Shown: positions 50,885 through 59,538, counted from the first letter of the stretch. The stretch: DNA of 64,000 nucleotides from Alphaproteobacteria bacterium (GCA_964291285.2 OZ219787.1:1760001-1824000); one strand, 5' to 3'. Numbers and translations: made by a program. Notes: a model not told the origin generated them from the sequence alone.

Positions 50885-51271
50885 TCAGGCGGGCGTGAAG
50901 CAGGGCACCTTCTGGCCGCCTTCCGCTTCGACGAAGACCAGCCTGACCTTCATGCCCACGGCCAGGCTGTCGAAGTCGCAATCGACGAAATTCGTCATCA
51001 CGGTGATGCCTTCGTCCAGCCGCACATAGCCGATGGCGTATTGGGGATCGGACCGGCGCATGATCGAATAGGTGTAGATCTCGCCGGTTCCCGCCGCCTC
51101 TACCGTCTCGACATTGCCGGAGAGCGTGAACGGGCTGATCTTGCGCGGATACCAGAAGAACTGTCCGGTATCGCCGCAGCGCGGCAGCATCAGCCTGCCT
51201 TCGTTGCACGCCTCCCAGAAGTCCTGGTGCTCGACATTGGCCGGCGGCGCCGGAATCTTGCGGGCGCTCAT
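50885..51271 (-). CDS. DUF35 OB-fold acyl-CoA-binding protein
   Basis: FWEACNEGRL, WYPR, GTGEIYTYS, VRLDEG, VGMKVRLVF; ATGA overlap with the thiolase. Confidence 0.88.
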   Translation of the reverse strand: MSARKIPAPPANVEHQDFWEACNEGRLMLPRCGDTGQFFWYPRKISPFTLSGNVETVEAAGTGEIYTYSIMRRSDPQYAIGYVRLDEGITVMTNFVDCDFDSLAVGMKVRLVFVEAEGGQKVPCFTPA

Positions 51272-52446
51272 GCGTCGGCCCTCCCGAGAATCGTTGTCGA
51301 ACTGCCCATGCGGGTGCCGAGGGAGCCGCCGGTGCCATGGGCGAGCGCGAGCCGGCAATCCTTCACCTGGACGGCGGGATGAGCCTCGTCGCGCAATTGG
51401 CGCACGGCCTCAAGCACCTTGGTGAGCCCGCCGCGGTTCATCGGGTGGTTGTTGCAGAGGCCGCCGCCGTCGGTGTTGAAAGGCAGCTTGCCGGTGCCCG
51501 CGATCAGGTTGCCGTCCGAGACGAAGGCGCCGCCCTTGCCCTTCTCGCAGAAGCCCAGGTCCTCGATGGTTTCCAGCACCGTGATGGTGAAGCTGTCATA
51601 GATGGACGCATAGTCGATGTCGCCCGGCGCGACGCCGGCTTCCTCGAACGCCTGGGCGCCCGACCAGCGCGCGCCGGTATAGGTCAGGTCCACCTGGCCG
51701 GACATCAGGTTCTTCGGCGCTTCGCCGCAGCCGAGCACCTTGACGCAGTCGCGCTTGAGCGAGGCCGCGACCTCGGGCGCCACCACCACGAACGCGCCGC
51801 CGCCGTCGGAGATCACGCAGCAGTCGAGCCGGTGCAGCGGGTCCGAGATCATCGGCGAGTTGACCACCTCGTCCACCGTCACGACCTTGCGCAGCATGGC
51901 GTGCTCATTGTGCTGGGCGTGGTGCGAGGCGGCCACCTTGATCCAGGCGAGCTGCTCGCTGGTGGTGCCGAATTCGTGCATGTGCCGGCGCGCGGCCATG
52001 CCGTACATGTTCACCACGGTGGGTCCGTAGATGAACTCGAACGGCACGTCGGGCGAAGCGTCGCCGTAATTGCGGGGCGCCGTGCCGGTCGCCATGCCTT
52101 CGGAGCGCGGCCGCCCGGCGAGCGTGATAAGCGCTACCTTGCATTTGCCCGCCGCTATCGCCTGGGCGGCGTGGCCGACATGGAGGACATAGGACGAGCC
52201 GCCGACATCGGTGGCGTCCATGTGCCGGACGTTCCTGAGGCCCATGTATTCGATCATCGACAGCGGGCCGAGGCCCGGCGCGTCGCCTGCGCAGTAGTAG
52301 GCGTCGACGTCTTCGATCGACAGGCCGGCGTCATCGAGCGCGCCCCTGGCGCTCTCGGCGTGGAGTTGGGCGACCGACGTATCGACCGCCTTGCGGGTCG
52401 GATGCTCGTAGATGCCCGCAATAAAGGCTTTGCCCCTTGTGTGCAT
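51268..52446 (-). CDS. Thiolase-fold protein (SCP-x-like, no N-terminal catalytic Cys)
   Basis: IAGIYEHP, DVGGSSY, DCCVISDGGGA, IYDSFT, NTDGGGLCNNHP, AHGTGG. Confidence 0.85.
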   Translation of the reverse strand: MHTRGKAFIAGIYEHPTRKAVDTSVAQLHAESARGALDDAGLSIEDVDAYYCAGDAPGLGPLSMIEYMGLRNVRHMDATDVGGSSYVLHVGHAAQAIAAGKCKVALITLAGRPRSEGMATGTAPRNYGDASPDVPFEFIYGPTVVNMYGMAARRHMHEFGTTSEQLAWIKVAASHHAQHNEHAMLRKVVTVDEVVNSPMISDPLHRLDCCVISDGGGAFVVVAPEVAASLKRDCVKVLGCGEAPKNLMSGQVDLTYTGARWSGAQAFEEAGVAPGDIDYASIYDSFTITVLETIEDLGFCEKGKGGAFVSDGNLIAGTGKLPFNTDGGGLCNNHPMNRGGLTKVLEAVRQLRDEAHPAVQVKDCRLALAHGTGGSLGTRMGSSTTILGRADA

Positions 52447-52515
52447 GCGTGGTTCCATTGTTGACGGAGCGGAATCGGGTGACAGCCCGCAGCCTATTCC
52501 GCCGCGCGCCGGCCC

Positions 52516-53610
52516 TCAAGGCACGATGCGCTCCCGGCGAAACTGCCGCAGGAGGTCGACCAGCATGTCCTCCGTGTCCATGCAGTCCTGGAAGCCGAAC
52601 TGCCGCGCCTTGATCGTGCTGACGACGGCCGGGTTCGGGCGCTGGCCGTAGCCGAAGATGAAGTCCGCGAACTGCCAGGACGGCACGATCTGCTCCAGCC
52701 GGTAGGGCCGCAGTCCGTGGCGCGCGACCATGGCGTCCCAGACCGGCCCCTTGTCCGCCATGACGCGCCTCAGCGAGCAGGGAAAGGGCTGCTCCACCGG
52801 CATCTCGAAGACTTCCGCCACGCGGGGCCACAGATTGTGCCAGACATAGCAGTCGCCGTTCGCGATGTTGAAGGCTTCGCCGCCGGCCGCAGGCGTCTCC
52901 CCGGCCCAGGCAGCGGCGCGGGCAAGCAGCCGGGCATCGGTCGCCTCCTGGATGCGCGGTTCGCCGCCGGGAAAGCGGAGCGGCATGCCGAGCTCCTTCG
53001 AGAGCGCTGCGTAGGCCGCCACGCAGGCAAGCGCGTTCATGTTGGAGCCGATGGCGACCCCGAAGACGACCTGCGGACGGAGCGCGGTCCAGCTCCAGCC
53101 GGCGCCGGCGGCCCGTTCCTTCAGCCAGTCTTTCTGGTCGTGGTAGAAGTTCGGTCCCCAGTAGCGCGGCTCGCGCTCCTTCGCCGGCGTCTTGAACGGC
53201 CCGTGATGGGTGCCGTAAGCCTTCGTCCCCTGCAACAGCGTGACATGCCGGAGGCCGGGCGAGGACGCCTCCACGGTCTCGACCGCATTGCGGAGCATGG
53301 CGAGGTTGGTCTCGGCATGGTCGGGGTCGCGCCAGCCGCTCGCAACATCGGCTTTTTCATGGACCGCGGCATAGACGATATGGGTGATGTCGCGAAGGTC
53401 CGAGAGCCCGGCTTCACAGGCGGCCCGGTCGCGCAGGTCGACGGGGCGGAACTCGGCCCCGGTCGGAAAATCGGGGGATCGCCGCGACAGGCCGATGACC
53501 CGCCAGCCCGGCAGCGCGTCGAAATGCTCCACCATGGCCCGGCCGACCGTGCCGAGCGCGCCGCAGACGAGCACGGTCCCCGCGGCCGCTTCCCCGGTCC
53601 CGCTAGCCAC
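52516..53610 (-). CDS. Atypical SDR, PRISE (progesterone 5-beta-reductase/iridoid synthase)-like
   Basis: GALGTVG, GLSRR, NLAMLRN, LLQGTKAYG, PNFYHDQ, WTALRP, FNIANGD, KARQFGF; start uncertain. Confidence 0.8.
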   Translation of the reverse strand: MASGTGEAAAGTVLVCGALGTVGRAMVEHFDALPGWRVIGLSRRSPDFPTGAEFRPVDLRDRAACEAGLSDLRDITHIVYAAVHEKADVASGWRDPDHAETNLAMLRNAVETVEASSPGLRHVTLLQGTKAYGTHHGPFKTPAKEREPRYWGPNFYHDQKDWLKERAAGAGWSWTALRPQVVFGVAIGSNMNALACVAAYAALSKELGMPLRFPGGEPRIQEATDARLLARAAAWAGETPAAGGEAFNIANGDCYVWHNLWPRVAEVFEMPVEQPFPCSLRRVMADKGPVWDAMVARHGLRPYRLEQIVPSWQFADFIFGYGQRPNPAVVSTIKARQFGFQDCMDTEDMLVDLLRQFRRERIVP

Positions 53611-53634
53611 GCCGCTGCAGCCCGCCTGCAACGG

Positions 53635-54057
53635 CTATGCGATGATGTCCGCCGCGTATTCCTCGGCAGCCTGGCGCGTTACCTCGATGAATTTCTTGGT
53701 CCCGAGCACGATGGCCTTTCTCGACACGCCGCCGTTCAGGAAGATGTAGTAGTCGCAGAGCAGCAGGGAGGCGTCCTTGGTGACTGCCGCGCGGGTGATG
53801 ATGTAGCGGTCGTTTATCAGGTTGACGCATTCCAGCTTTTTCCGGAGCGGCACATTGTCTTTCAGCGGAAAGAGCACTGCGAGATGGATGGCGTCCTGTT
53901 GGCTCGGCAATGTCGCGATGCATTTCAGCCCGCTCTCGGTAATGACGGAATCCCCGTCGCCGTCCTGCTCGCAGTCCATATAGGCCGCGTCGTAGAGGGT
54001 GTGCAGGAAATCGCGATTCAGGATCTGGGGCGTCACAAGGTCGTCGTACATCGCCAT
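53635..54057 (-). CDS. YbjN-like (type III chaperone/sensory transduction regulator fold) protein
   Basis: 140 aa; DGDG, LECVNLINDRY, LLLCDYYI..GGVS pattern. Confidence 0.55.
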   Translation of the reverse strand: MAMYDDLVTPQILNRDFLHTLYDAAYMDCEQDGDGDSVITESGLKCIATLPSQQDAIHLAVLFPLKDNVPLRKKLECVNLINDRYIITRAAVTKDASLLLCDYYIFLNGGVSRKAIVLGTKKFIEVTRQAAEEYAADIIA

Positions 54058-54364
54058 CGTCCGGCGCCCCATCCGGTTCCGGGCTCCCAGAGGACCGGAC
54101 CATATGCGCCCGGTCGGTCGGGCGCAAGACGGATGGGGGCGCACAACCGGGTGCGCACCGCGCAGACGCCGGCATGTGCGCGCGGACACGCGGCATGCGT
54201 CATGCCTCCATATCGTCACGCCCGGCAGCCAACGGTGTCGAAATGGGGCGAGGACAAACAAACATCGTCACCCCGGCCGCCGAATCTGGACCGGACAGCA
54301 GTGGCTCGGGGGCGGGATGATGGTTGGGGGGATCGATATTTTTACTTTTTGTTCCCGATACCGC

Positions 54365-54392
54365 TTGACATAAGAGAAAATAAACTTATATA
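54365..54392 (+). promoter_or_regulatory. Putative sigma70 promoter in an AT-rich patch
   Basis: TTGACA (54365-54370)-N16-TATATA (54387-54392). Confidence 0.55.
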
Positions 54393-54655
54393 GAAGCCGG
54401 AGAGGCGGCATCCGGAGCCGCTTCCTGGGTGCCGCGCGGCCGGCGGCGCCAGTTTCGAAAAACCCCTGAGAAACCCACGGGAGACGTGCGCCCGCCGCAT
54501 CGCGCGCGCAATCAGGTGCGCGAACCGCGCCGGCGCAATCGCGCGCCCCCGCGCCCGCGCGAAACGCGCGCGGCAAAGCGAGAGCCGCTCCCGGGTCGGC
54601 AAGGAGACTGGAATGACCGCAACCGACCCCCGCCCCGGAGACCGCGCCCGAGGTG

Positions 54656-54727
54656 CGGACCATGACAAAACATGACATCCCGCAGCCGGACCATGACAAA
54701 ACATGACACATCATGACATCCCCGCAG
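54656..54727 (+). repeat. Helically phased CATGACA array and 22-bp direct repeat
   Basis: CGGACCATGACAAAACATGACA at 54656 and 54687; CATGACA at 54661, 54671, 54692, 54702, 54712. Confidence 0.9.
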
Positions 54728-54940
54728 GGTCCCGGAGCTTTTGGACAGGGGCGGGGCGCCTGCGCGTTCTCAACTGGCGGTGCCGGGCCGGGAGAAGGGC
54801 GGCTCACGACCGGAAGGATGCCCTCCCGGTCCCGGGCGATCGTCCTGCGGAGCACGCTGTGATGTCCGGTTTGCGACGGTGCTTGTGGAACCCGCCGCAA
54901 ACCGGCAGGATAAGGAAGGAACGAAAGGGAGGGACCCCGA

Positions 54941-56110
54941 ATGAACCTGCGTATGCTTGCCGCGGCGGCGGTAGTCGCCGGTATGGCGGCTCCGGCCTTT
55001 GCGGCCGACCTGCCCAAGACCGTGACGCTCACGGCCTACGGCACCACCTCGTCCGGCTATGCCCAGTCCATCGCCATCGGCGCCATGCTCAAGCAGAAGC
55101 ATGATATCGAACTGCGCGTGATCCCGGGCAAGAACGACGTCTCGCGCATGATCCCGGTGAAGAGGAAGCGGGCGCATCTCTGTGCTTGCGGCATCTCTTC
55201 GTACTTCAATCAGGAGGGCGTGTTCATGTTCGGCTCCAAGGACTGGGGGCCGATGCCGATCCGCAACCTCTACAACAACACCAAAGGCCCGCACGGGCTG
55301 ATGCCGGTTGCGGCGGGCGATGCGGGAATCAAAACCGCCGCCGACCTCAAGGGCAAGAATATGGCGTGGGTCAAAGGCGCGCCGGCGCTGAACGTCAACC
55401 TCGAAGCGTTGATGGCGTTCGGCGGCGTTACCTGGGATGACGTCAACAAGGTCGAATTCCCCGGCTGGAAGCAGGCGGTGGACGGCGTGATCGGCGGCCA
55501 GGCCGACGCGGTTATGGTCTCTACCATGTCGCCGCATGTGAATCGCCTGATGGCATCGCCGCGAGGCAACTGGTGGATCAGCCTGCCGGCCGACGACAAG
55601 GAAGGCTGGGCGCGCTCCATGGCAGTGGCGCCCTGGTGGAACTACAACCGCGTCACGCTCGGCATCGGCCTTGAGAACAATATCACCGGCGAGAAGGGGT
55701 TCGACGGCCAAGTCTATCCCTATCCGATCGTGATCGGGCTCGCGGGCGATCTGTCCGACGACTTCACCTACGCCATGACCAAGGCTGTCATGGAGGGCTA
55801 TGAAGGCGAAGGCGGCTACGGGACGCTGAAGGGCACCCAAGGCTACCAGCTTTCCGAGCAGAACCTTACCTGGGTGTTCCCCTATGCCGCCGGGTCGATC
55901 CGCTACTACAAGGAAGCCGGCCGCTGGGGCGCTGCCGAAGAAGAGTACAACAACGGGCTTCTGAAGCGCCAGGACGTGTTGATCGGCGCGTGGAAGACCT
56001 ATTACGCGGCGAACAAGGACATGGAAGACGATGAGGCATACCTGGCCGGCTGGATCAAGGCGCGCGGAGATGCGCTGAGGGCGGCAGGCATGGACGCACC
56101 GTTCTCGTGA
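54941..56110 (+). CDS. TAXI family TRAP transporter solute receptor
   Basis: Signal peptide (AFA-A), TAYGTTSSGY, GIKTAADLKGK, YYKEAG; adjacent to a fused permease. Confidence 0.85.
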   Translation: MNLRMLAAAAVVAGMAAPAFAADLPKTVTLTAYGTTSSGYAQSIAIGAMLKQKHDIELRVIPGKNDVSRMIPVKRKRAHLCACGISSYFNQEGVFMFGSKDWGPMPIRNLYNNTKGPHGLMPVAAGDAGIKTAADLKGKNMAWVKGAPALNVNLEALMAFGGVTWDDVNKVEFPGWKQAVDGVIGGQADAVMVSTMSPHVNRLMASPRGNWWISLPADDKEGWARSMAVAPWWNYNRVTLGIGLENNITGEKGFDGQVYPYPIVIGLAGDLSDDFTYAMTKAVMEGYEGEGGYGTLKGTQGYQLSEQNLTWVFPYAAGSIRYYKEAGRWGAAEEEYNNGLLKRQDVLIGAWKTYYAANKDMEDDEAYLAGWIKARGDALRAAGMDAPFS

Positions 56111-56149
56111 TCCTCCGTGGCAGGAAACTGCCGACCTGAACCGGAAACT

Positions 56150-56178
56150 GACCCGCCATGCACCGCGCATGGCGGGTC
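56150..56178 (+). terminator. Intercistronic hairpin after the TAXI gene
   Basis: GACCCGCCATGC-ACCGC-GCATGGCGGGTC. Confidence 0.6.
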
Positions 56179-56223
56179 CTTCCATGACCCGAACCAGGCT
56201 TGCGAACCGAAGGCTTACTCACC

Positions 56224-58254
56224 ATGACACAGCCCGAGCGGGAGACGGCGCTCAGTCGCGAGGCGGGAGAAGCGGTCGAACGGGCCGAGGCATCGGTCAG
56301 CCGCCACCGGGAGCTTGGACCGGTCTGGATGGCCATTCTGGTCACGGCGTCCAGCCTGTCGGTTCTGGCTTCGATTTACTTTATTTTCAACATCCATCTG
56401 ATGATCGATGTCGAAATTTTCGGGGAAGAAACCGAATATTATTACTTTATGTTTGCCATGCTTTTGCCGCTGGTTTTTTTACTTTACCCGCCTTGGAAAG
56501 ATGTCGGACCGATGGACAGGGTCCCATGGTACGACATATTGCTTGCGTTAATCGTGTTCGCCGTTTCGCTCACGTTCGCGGCGCACGGCGAGGAAAACCT
56601 GCTTGAGGGGTGGGAATACGCCGCGCCGGAATGGGCGGTCTACGCCTCCTATTTCATGTGGCTGATGGTGCTGGAAGCCACCCGCAGGGCGGGCGGCATG
56701 CCGATCTTCGTCATCTGCCTCGTCGTCTCGCTCTACCCGGCGCTCGCCGAACATGCGCCCGGCTTCCTCGAAGGCCAGTCCGAGACGCTGGAAGTCACCG
56801 CCAGCTTCCACATGTTCGGCACGGAGAGCGTCATGGGCATCCCCATGCGCGCCTTCGCCTCGCTGGTGGTCGGGTTCCTCATCTTCGGCGTGGCGCTCCA
56901 GTTCACCGGCGGCGGCGCCTTCTTCCTCAACCTCGCCTTCGCCCTGCTCGGGCGCTTCCGCGGCGGGCCGGCCAAGGTGGCGATCTTCTCTTCGGGCCTG
57001 ATGGGCTCGATGAGCGGCTCAGTCATCACCAATGTGCTGACCACGGGCGCGCTCTCGATCCCGGCGATGAAGCGGGTCGGTTTCCGGCCGGCCTATGCGG
57101 GCGGCGTCGAGGCGTGCGCATCGACGGGCGGCGTGCTGATGCCGCCGGTGATGGGCGCCACCGCCTTCATCATGGCGACCTTCCTGGAGATTTCCTACGC
57201 CGTGATCCTGGTGGCGGCGATCATCCCCTCGCTGCTCTACTATTTCAGCCTGTTCATGCAGATCGACGCCTATTCCGCGCGGTTCGGCCTCGAGGGCTTG
57301 CCCAAGTCCGAAATGCCGAAGGCGCGGCAGGTCATGCGCGACGGCTGGCACTTCATCTTCGTGCTGGCGCTGCTGATCGTCATGCTGCTGGTGATGCAGC
57401 AGGAAGCGCAGGCGCCCTATTACGCCGCGGCCCTGCTGATCGTCATCAACCAGGTGCGGGCGCACGACCGCTGGAACCTTGAGCGGTGCAAGCAGTTCCT
57501 GATCGGCATCGCCAAGCTGTTCACGGAGCTTGCGGGCATTCTGGCGGGCGTCGGTCTTATCATCGGTGCGCTGATGCTGACCGGCAAGGTCGGCAACCTG
57601 TCGCTGGAGCTCGTCACCCTCGCCGGCGATTCGATCTTCGTGCTGCTGGTGATGGGCGCGCTGACCAGCTTCATCCTCGGCATGGGGATGACCGTGACCG
57701 CGGCATACCTGTTCCTCGCCATCGCGCTCGCGCCCGCGCTGACCGCCAGCGGACGCCTCGACCTGCTCGCCGTGCACCTCTACATGATGTACTGGGGCAT
57801 GATCTCCTTCATCACGCCGCCCGTCGCGCTCGGCGCCTTTGCGGCCGCGACCGTTGCGCGCGCCAACCCGATCACCACCGGCTTCGAGGCGATGCGGCTC
57901 GGCGCGATCATCTATTTCGTGCCGTTCTTCTTCGTGCTGAACCCGGCGCTGATCGGCCACGGCACGACCGTTGAGGTCATCACCGTCTGCGGGCTTGCCT
58001 TTGCCGGCGTCATCCTGATTTCGGGCGCGCTGCAGGGCTACCTGATCGGCATCGGGACGCTCACCGGCAATCCGTTTGCGGCATGGCCGATCCGCTTCGC
58101 GCTGTTCCTGTCCGGCCTGTTGCTGGCCCTGCCCGGCGGCGAGCTTACCGGCTACACGCACACGCAATTGCTGATTGCCGCTGCAGTCCTGGGAGTCCCC
58201 GCCGCGAGCGCGGCATGGCTGCTGAACCGGCGCGCAGCGGAACAAGCGGCTTAG
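56224..58254 (+). CDS. TRAP transporter 4TM/12TM fused permease
   Basis: LEATRRAGG, RGGPAKVAI.SS, EACASTGG.LMPPVMGATAF, LGMGM, ITPPVAL. Confidence 0.93.
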   Translation: MTQPERETALSREAGEAVERAEASVSRHRELGPVWMAILVTASSLSVLASIYFIFNIHLMIDVEIFGEETEYYYFMFAMLLPLVFLLYPPWKDVGPMDRVPWYDILLALIVFAVSLTFAAHGEENLLEGWEYAAPEWAVYASYFMWLMVLEATRRAGGMPIFVICLVVSLYPALAEHAPGFLEGQSETLEVTASFHMFGTESVMGIPMRAFASLVVGFLIFGVALQFTGGGAFFLNLAFALLGRFRGGPAKVAIFSSGLMGSMSGSVITNVLTTGALSIPAMKRVGFRPAYAGGVEACASTGGVLMPPVMGATAFIMATFLEISYAVILVAAIIPSLLYYFSLFMQIDAYSARFGLEGLPKSEMPKARQVMRDGWHFIFVLALLIVMLLVMQQEAQAPYYAAALLIVINQVRAHDRWNLERCKQFLIGIAKLFTELAGILAGVGLIIGALMLTGKVGNLSLELVTLAGDSIFVLLVMGALTSFILGMGMTVTAAYLFLAIALAPALTASGRLDLLAVHLYMMYWGMISFITPPVALGAFAAATVARANPITTGFEAMRLGAIIYFVPFFFVLNPALIGHGTTVEVITVCGLAFAGVILISGALQGYLIGIGTLTGNPFAAWPIRFALFLSGLLLALPGGELTGYTHTQLLIAAAVLGVPAASAAWLLNRRAAEQAA

Positions 58255-58301
58255 GGCGGAACCCTTTCGGGTTAGAACTGCTTCGTTCGTAGAGCACCAA
58301 C

Positions 58302-58406
58302 CGTCACCCCGGTCGGAGCGCAGCGGAGAGCCGGGGTCCATCTCCCGGTGTTCGCACCAGGCCGAACCGATCGAGGTTGGGCCCCGGCTCGCAGGCCGGG
58401 GCGACG
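58302..58406. repeat. REP/REPIN-like paired palindromes
   Basis: CGTCACCCCGG...CCGGGGTCCA and GGGCCCCGG...CCGGGGCGACG; same family as 59407-59538 and the partial copy at 54266. Confidence 0.75.
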
Positions 58407-58576
58407 AATGAGGTCAAGACCGGATACTACCCGGCAAAGGCGGTCGTTCCAGTTGGAAGGGATCGTGCTCCAGGGCGGTGCCGCGCCTCATACCGGCGCG
58501 CGCAATGCGGGAGTCATGTCCTGGGGGGTGTTCTTTTCCGCCCTCCCCCTGTCTCGGTGTTTTTTCCTGAGTGGGG

Positions 58577-58609
58577 TTGCATTTTTCGCAGTATGTTCTA
58601 TATTGGTTC
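58577..58609 (+). promoter_or_regulatory. Promoter with an alphaproteobacterial LexA (SOS) box
   Basis: TTGCAT (58577-58582)-N16-TATATT (58599-58604); GTTC-tatattg-GTTC at 58595-58609 matches GTTC-N7-GTTC exactly. Confidence 0.7.
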
Positions 58610-58637
58610 CAAACCAACCATTCGAGGGAACCGGAAG

Positions 58638-58651
58638 AGGCCATGACCTGA
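58638..58651 (+). other. Two-codon minigene (Met-Thr-stop) with purine-rich RBS-like upstream sequence
   Basis: GGAAGAGGCC-ATG-ACC-TGA; the 14-mer AGGCCATGACCTGA recurs at 29804-29791 on the minus strand. Confidence 0.4.
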
Positions 58652-58819
58652 CGGTGAAAGCGGCGGTGCCGCTCCTGCAGAAAGCGAACGCGCGGTGGCC
58701 ATGGGGCGGCTGCACAACAGGGCAGGTGCGCGCGCCGGGCCGCGATTATTCATCGGAGTTCGAGTGTTGGCGGGGCCGGACGGCGCAATGTTCATCGCAA
58801 CGGGACGGGGAAGGGAGAC

Positions 58820-59260
58820 ATGAGGGATATGAAGGACATGACGGTGGTGCGCAGGCGAGGCCATGCGGTCGGCGAGCATCTCAGGCGCCGCGCGGTCGCG
58901 GCGGTGCTGGAGAGGGGGATGACCATGCGGGCCGCGGCGCGTCTCTACGAGGTGAGCGACAGCAGCATCTGTGTCTGGGTGCAGCGTTTCCGCGAGCGCG
59001 GCCATGTCCGGCCCGACAGGCAGGGCGGCGGCGGCGGCGTCTCGCGGATCGAGCCGGAGCGGGAGCGGATCTTCCGCATCCTGAAGGCGCGGCCGGCATT
59101 GTCCATCGACGGGCTGCGCAAGGCGCTCGCCGCCGAGGGCGTTACCTTCAGCTGGGCAACGGTGCAGCGCTTCCTGAAGCGCCACGGCCTCGAACGCAAG
59201 AAGCGTCTCGCGGCCGCAAAGCTCGTCCGGGATTCCCGGCCGCGCGGGGGCGGGCGGTAG
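58820..59260 (+). CDS. IS630 orfA-like helix-turn-helix protein without DDE catalytic domain
   Basis: LRRRAVAAV..GMTMRAAARLYEVS.SS...WVQRFRERG..P..QGG...TVQRFLKRHG.ERKK; no downstream transposase frame. Confidence 0.75.
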   Translation: MRDMKDMTVVRRRGHAVGEHLRRRAVAAVLERGMTMRAAARLYEVSDSSICVWVQRFRERGHVRPDRQGGGGGVSRIEPERERIFRILKARPALSIDGLRKALAAEGVTFSWATVQRFLKRHGLERKKRLAAAKLVRDSRPRGGGR

Positions 59261-59305
59261 TGGCGGCGCCCCTCTTTCTTCCTTTCCGCCCGCCCCATCC
59301 CCCTC

Positions 59306-59538
59306 ATCCTGAGTAGCGACCGCGTCAGCGGGCGCGTATCGAAGGGCGGCCCCGTCCGGGACAAGTTCGAGACAGGCTCCTTCGACAGACTCAGGACAGG
59401 TTCTTTCGTCACCCCGGACTTGATCCGGGGTCCAACTCCGGCTCTCTCGGCGGGCACGGGCGGCCCAATCCCGTCTCGAACGGCTAGCGGCGGACGCAGA
59501 CAGTCCGGGATGGCCCCCGGATCAAGTCCGGGGTGACG
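59306..59538. repeat. Cluster of REP-like elements including a perfect 24-bp inverted repeat
   Basis: 59306-59347 matches 7312-7353; CCTTCGACAGACTCAGG; CGTCACCCCGGACTTGATCCGGGG (59407-59430) is the exact reverse complement of 59515-59538. Confidence 0.85.

Noticed and set aside
54656-54727. Mini CRISPR array
   Set aside because: The 22-bp repeats are separated by only 9 bp, with no unique 30-40-bp spacers and no cas genes in the window
58820-59260. Active IS630 element
   Set aside because: No DDE domain in any downstream frame, no slippery A-run, and no recognisable terminal inverted repeats or TA duplication
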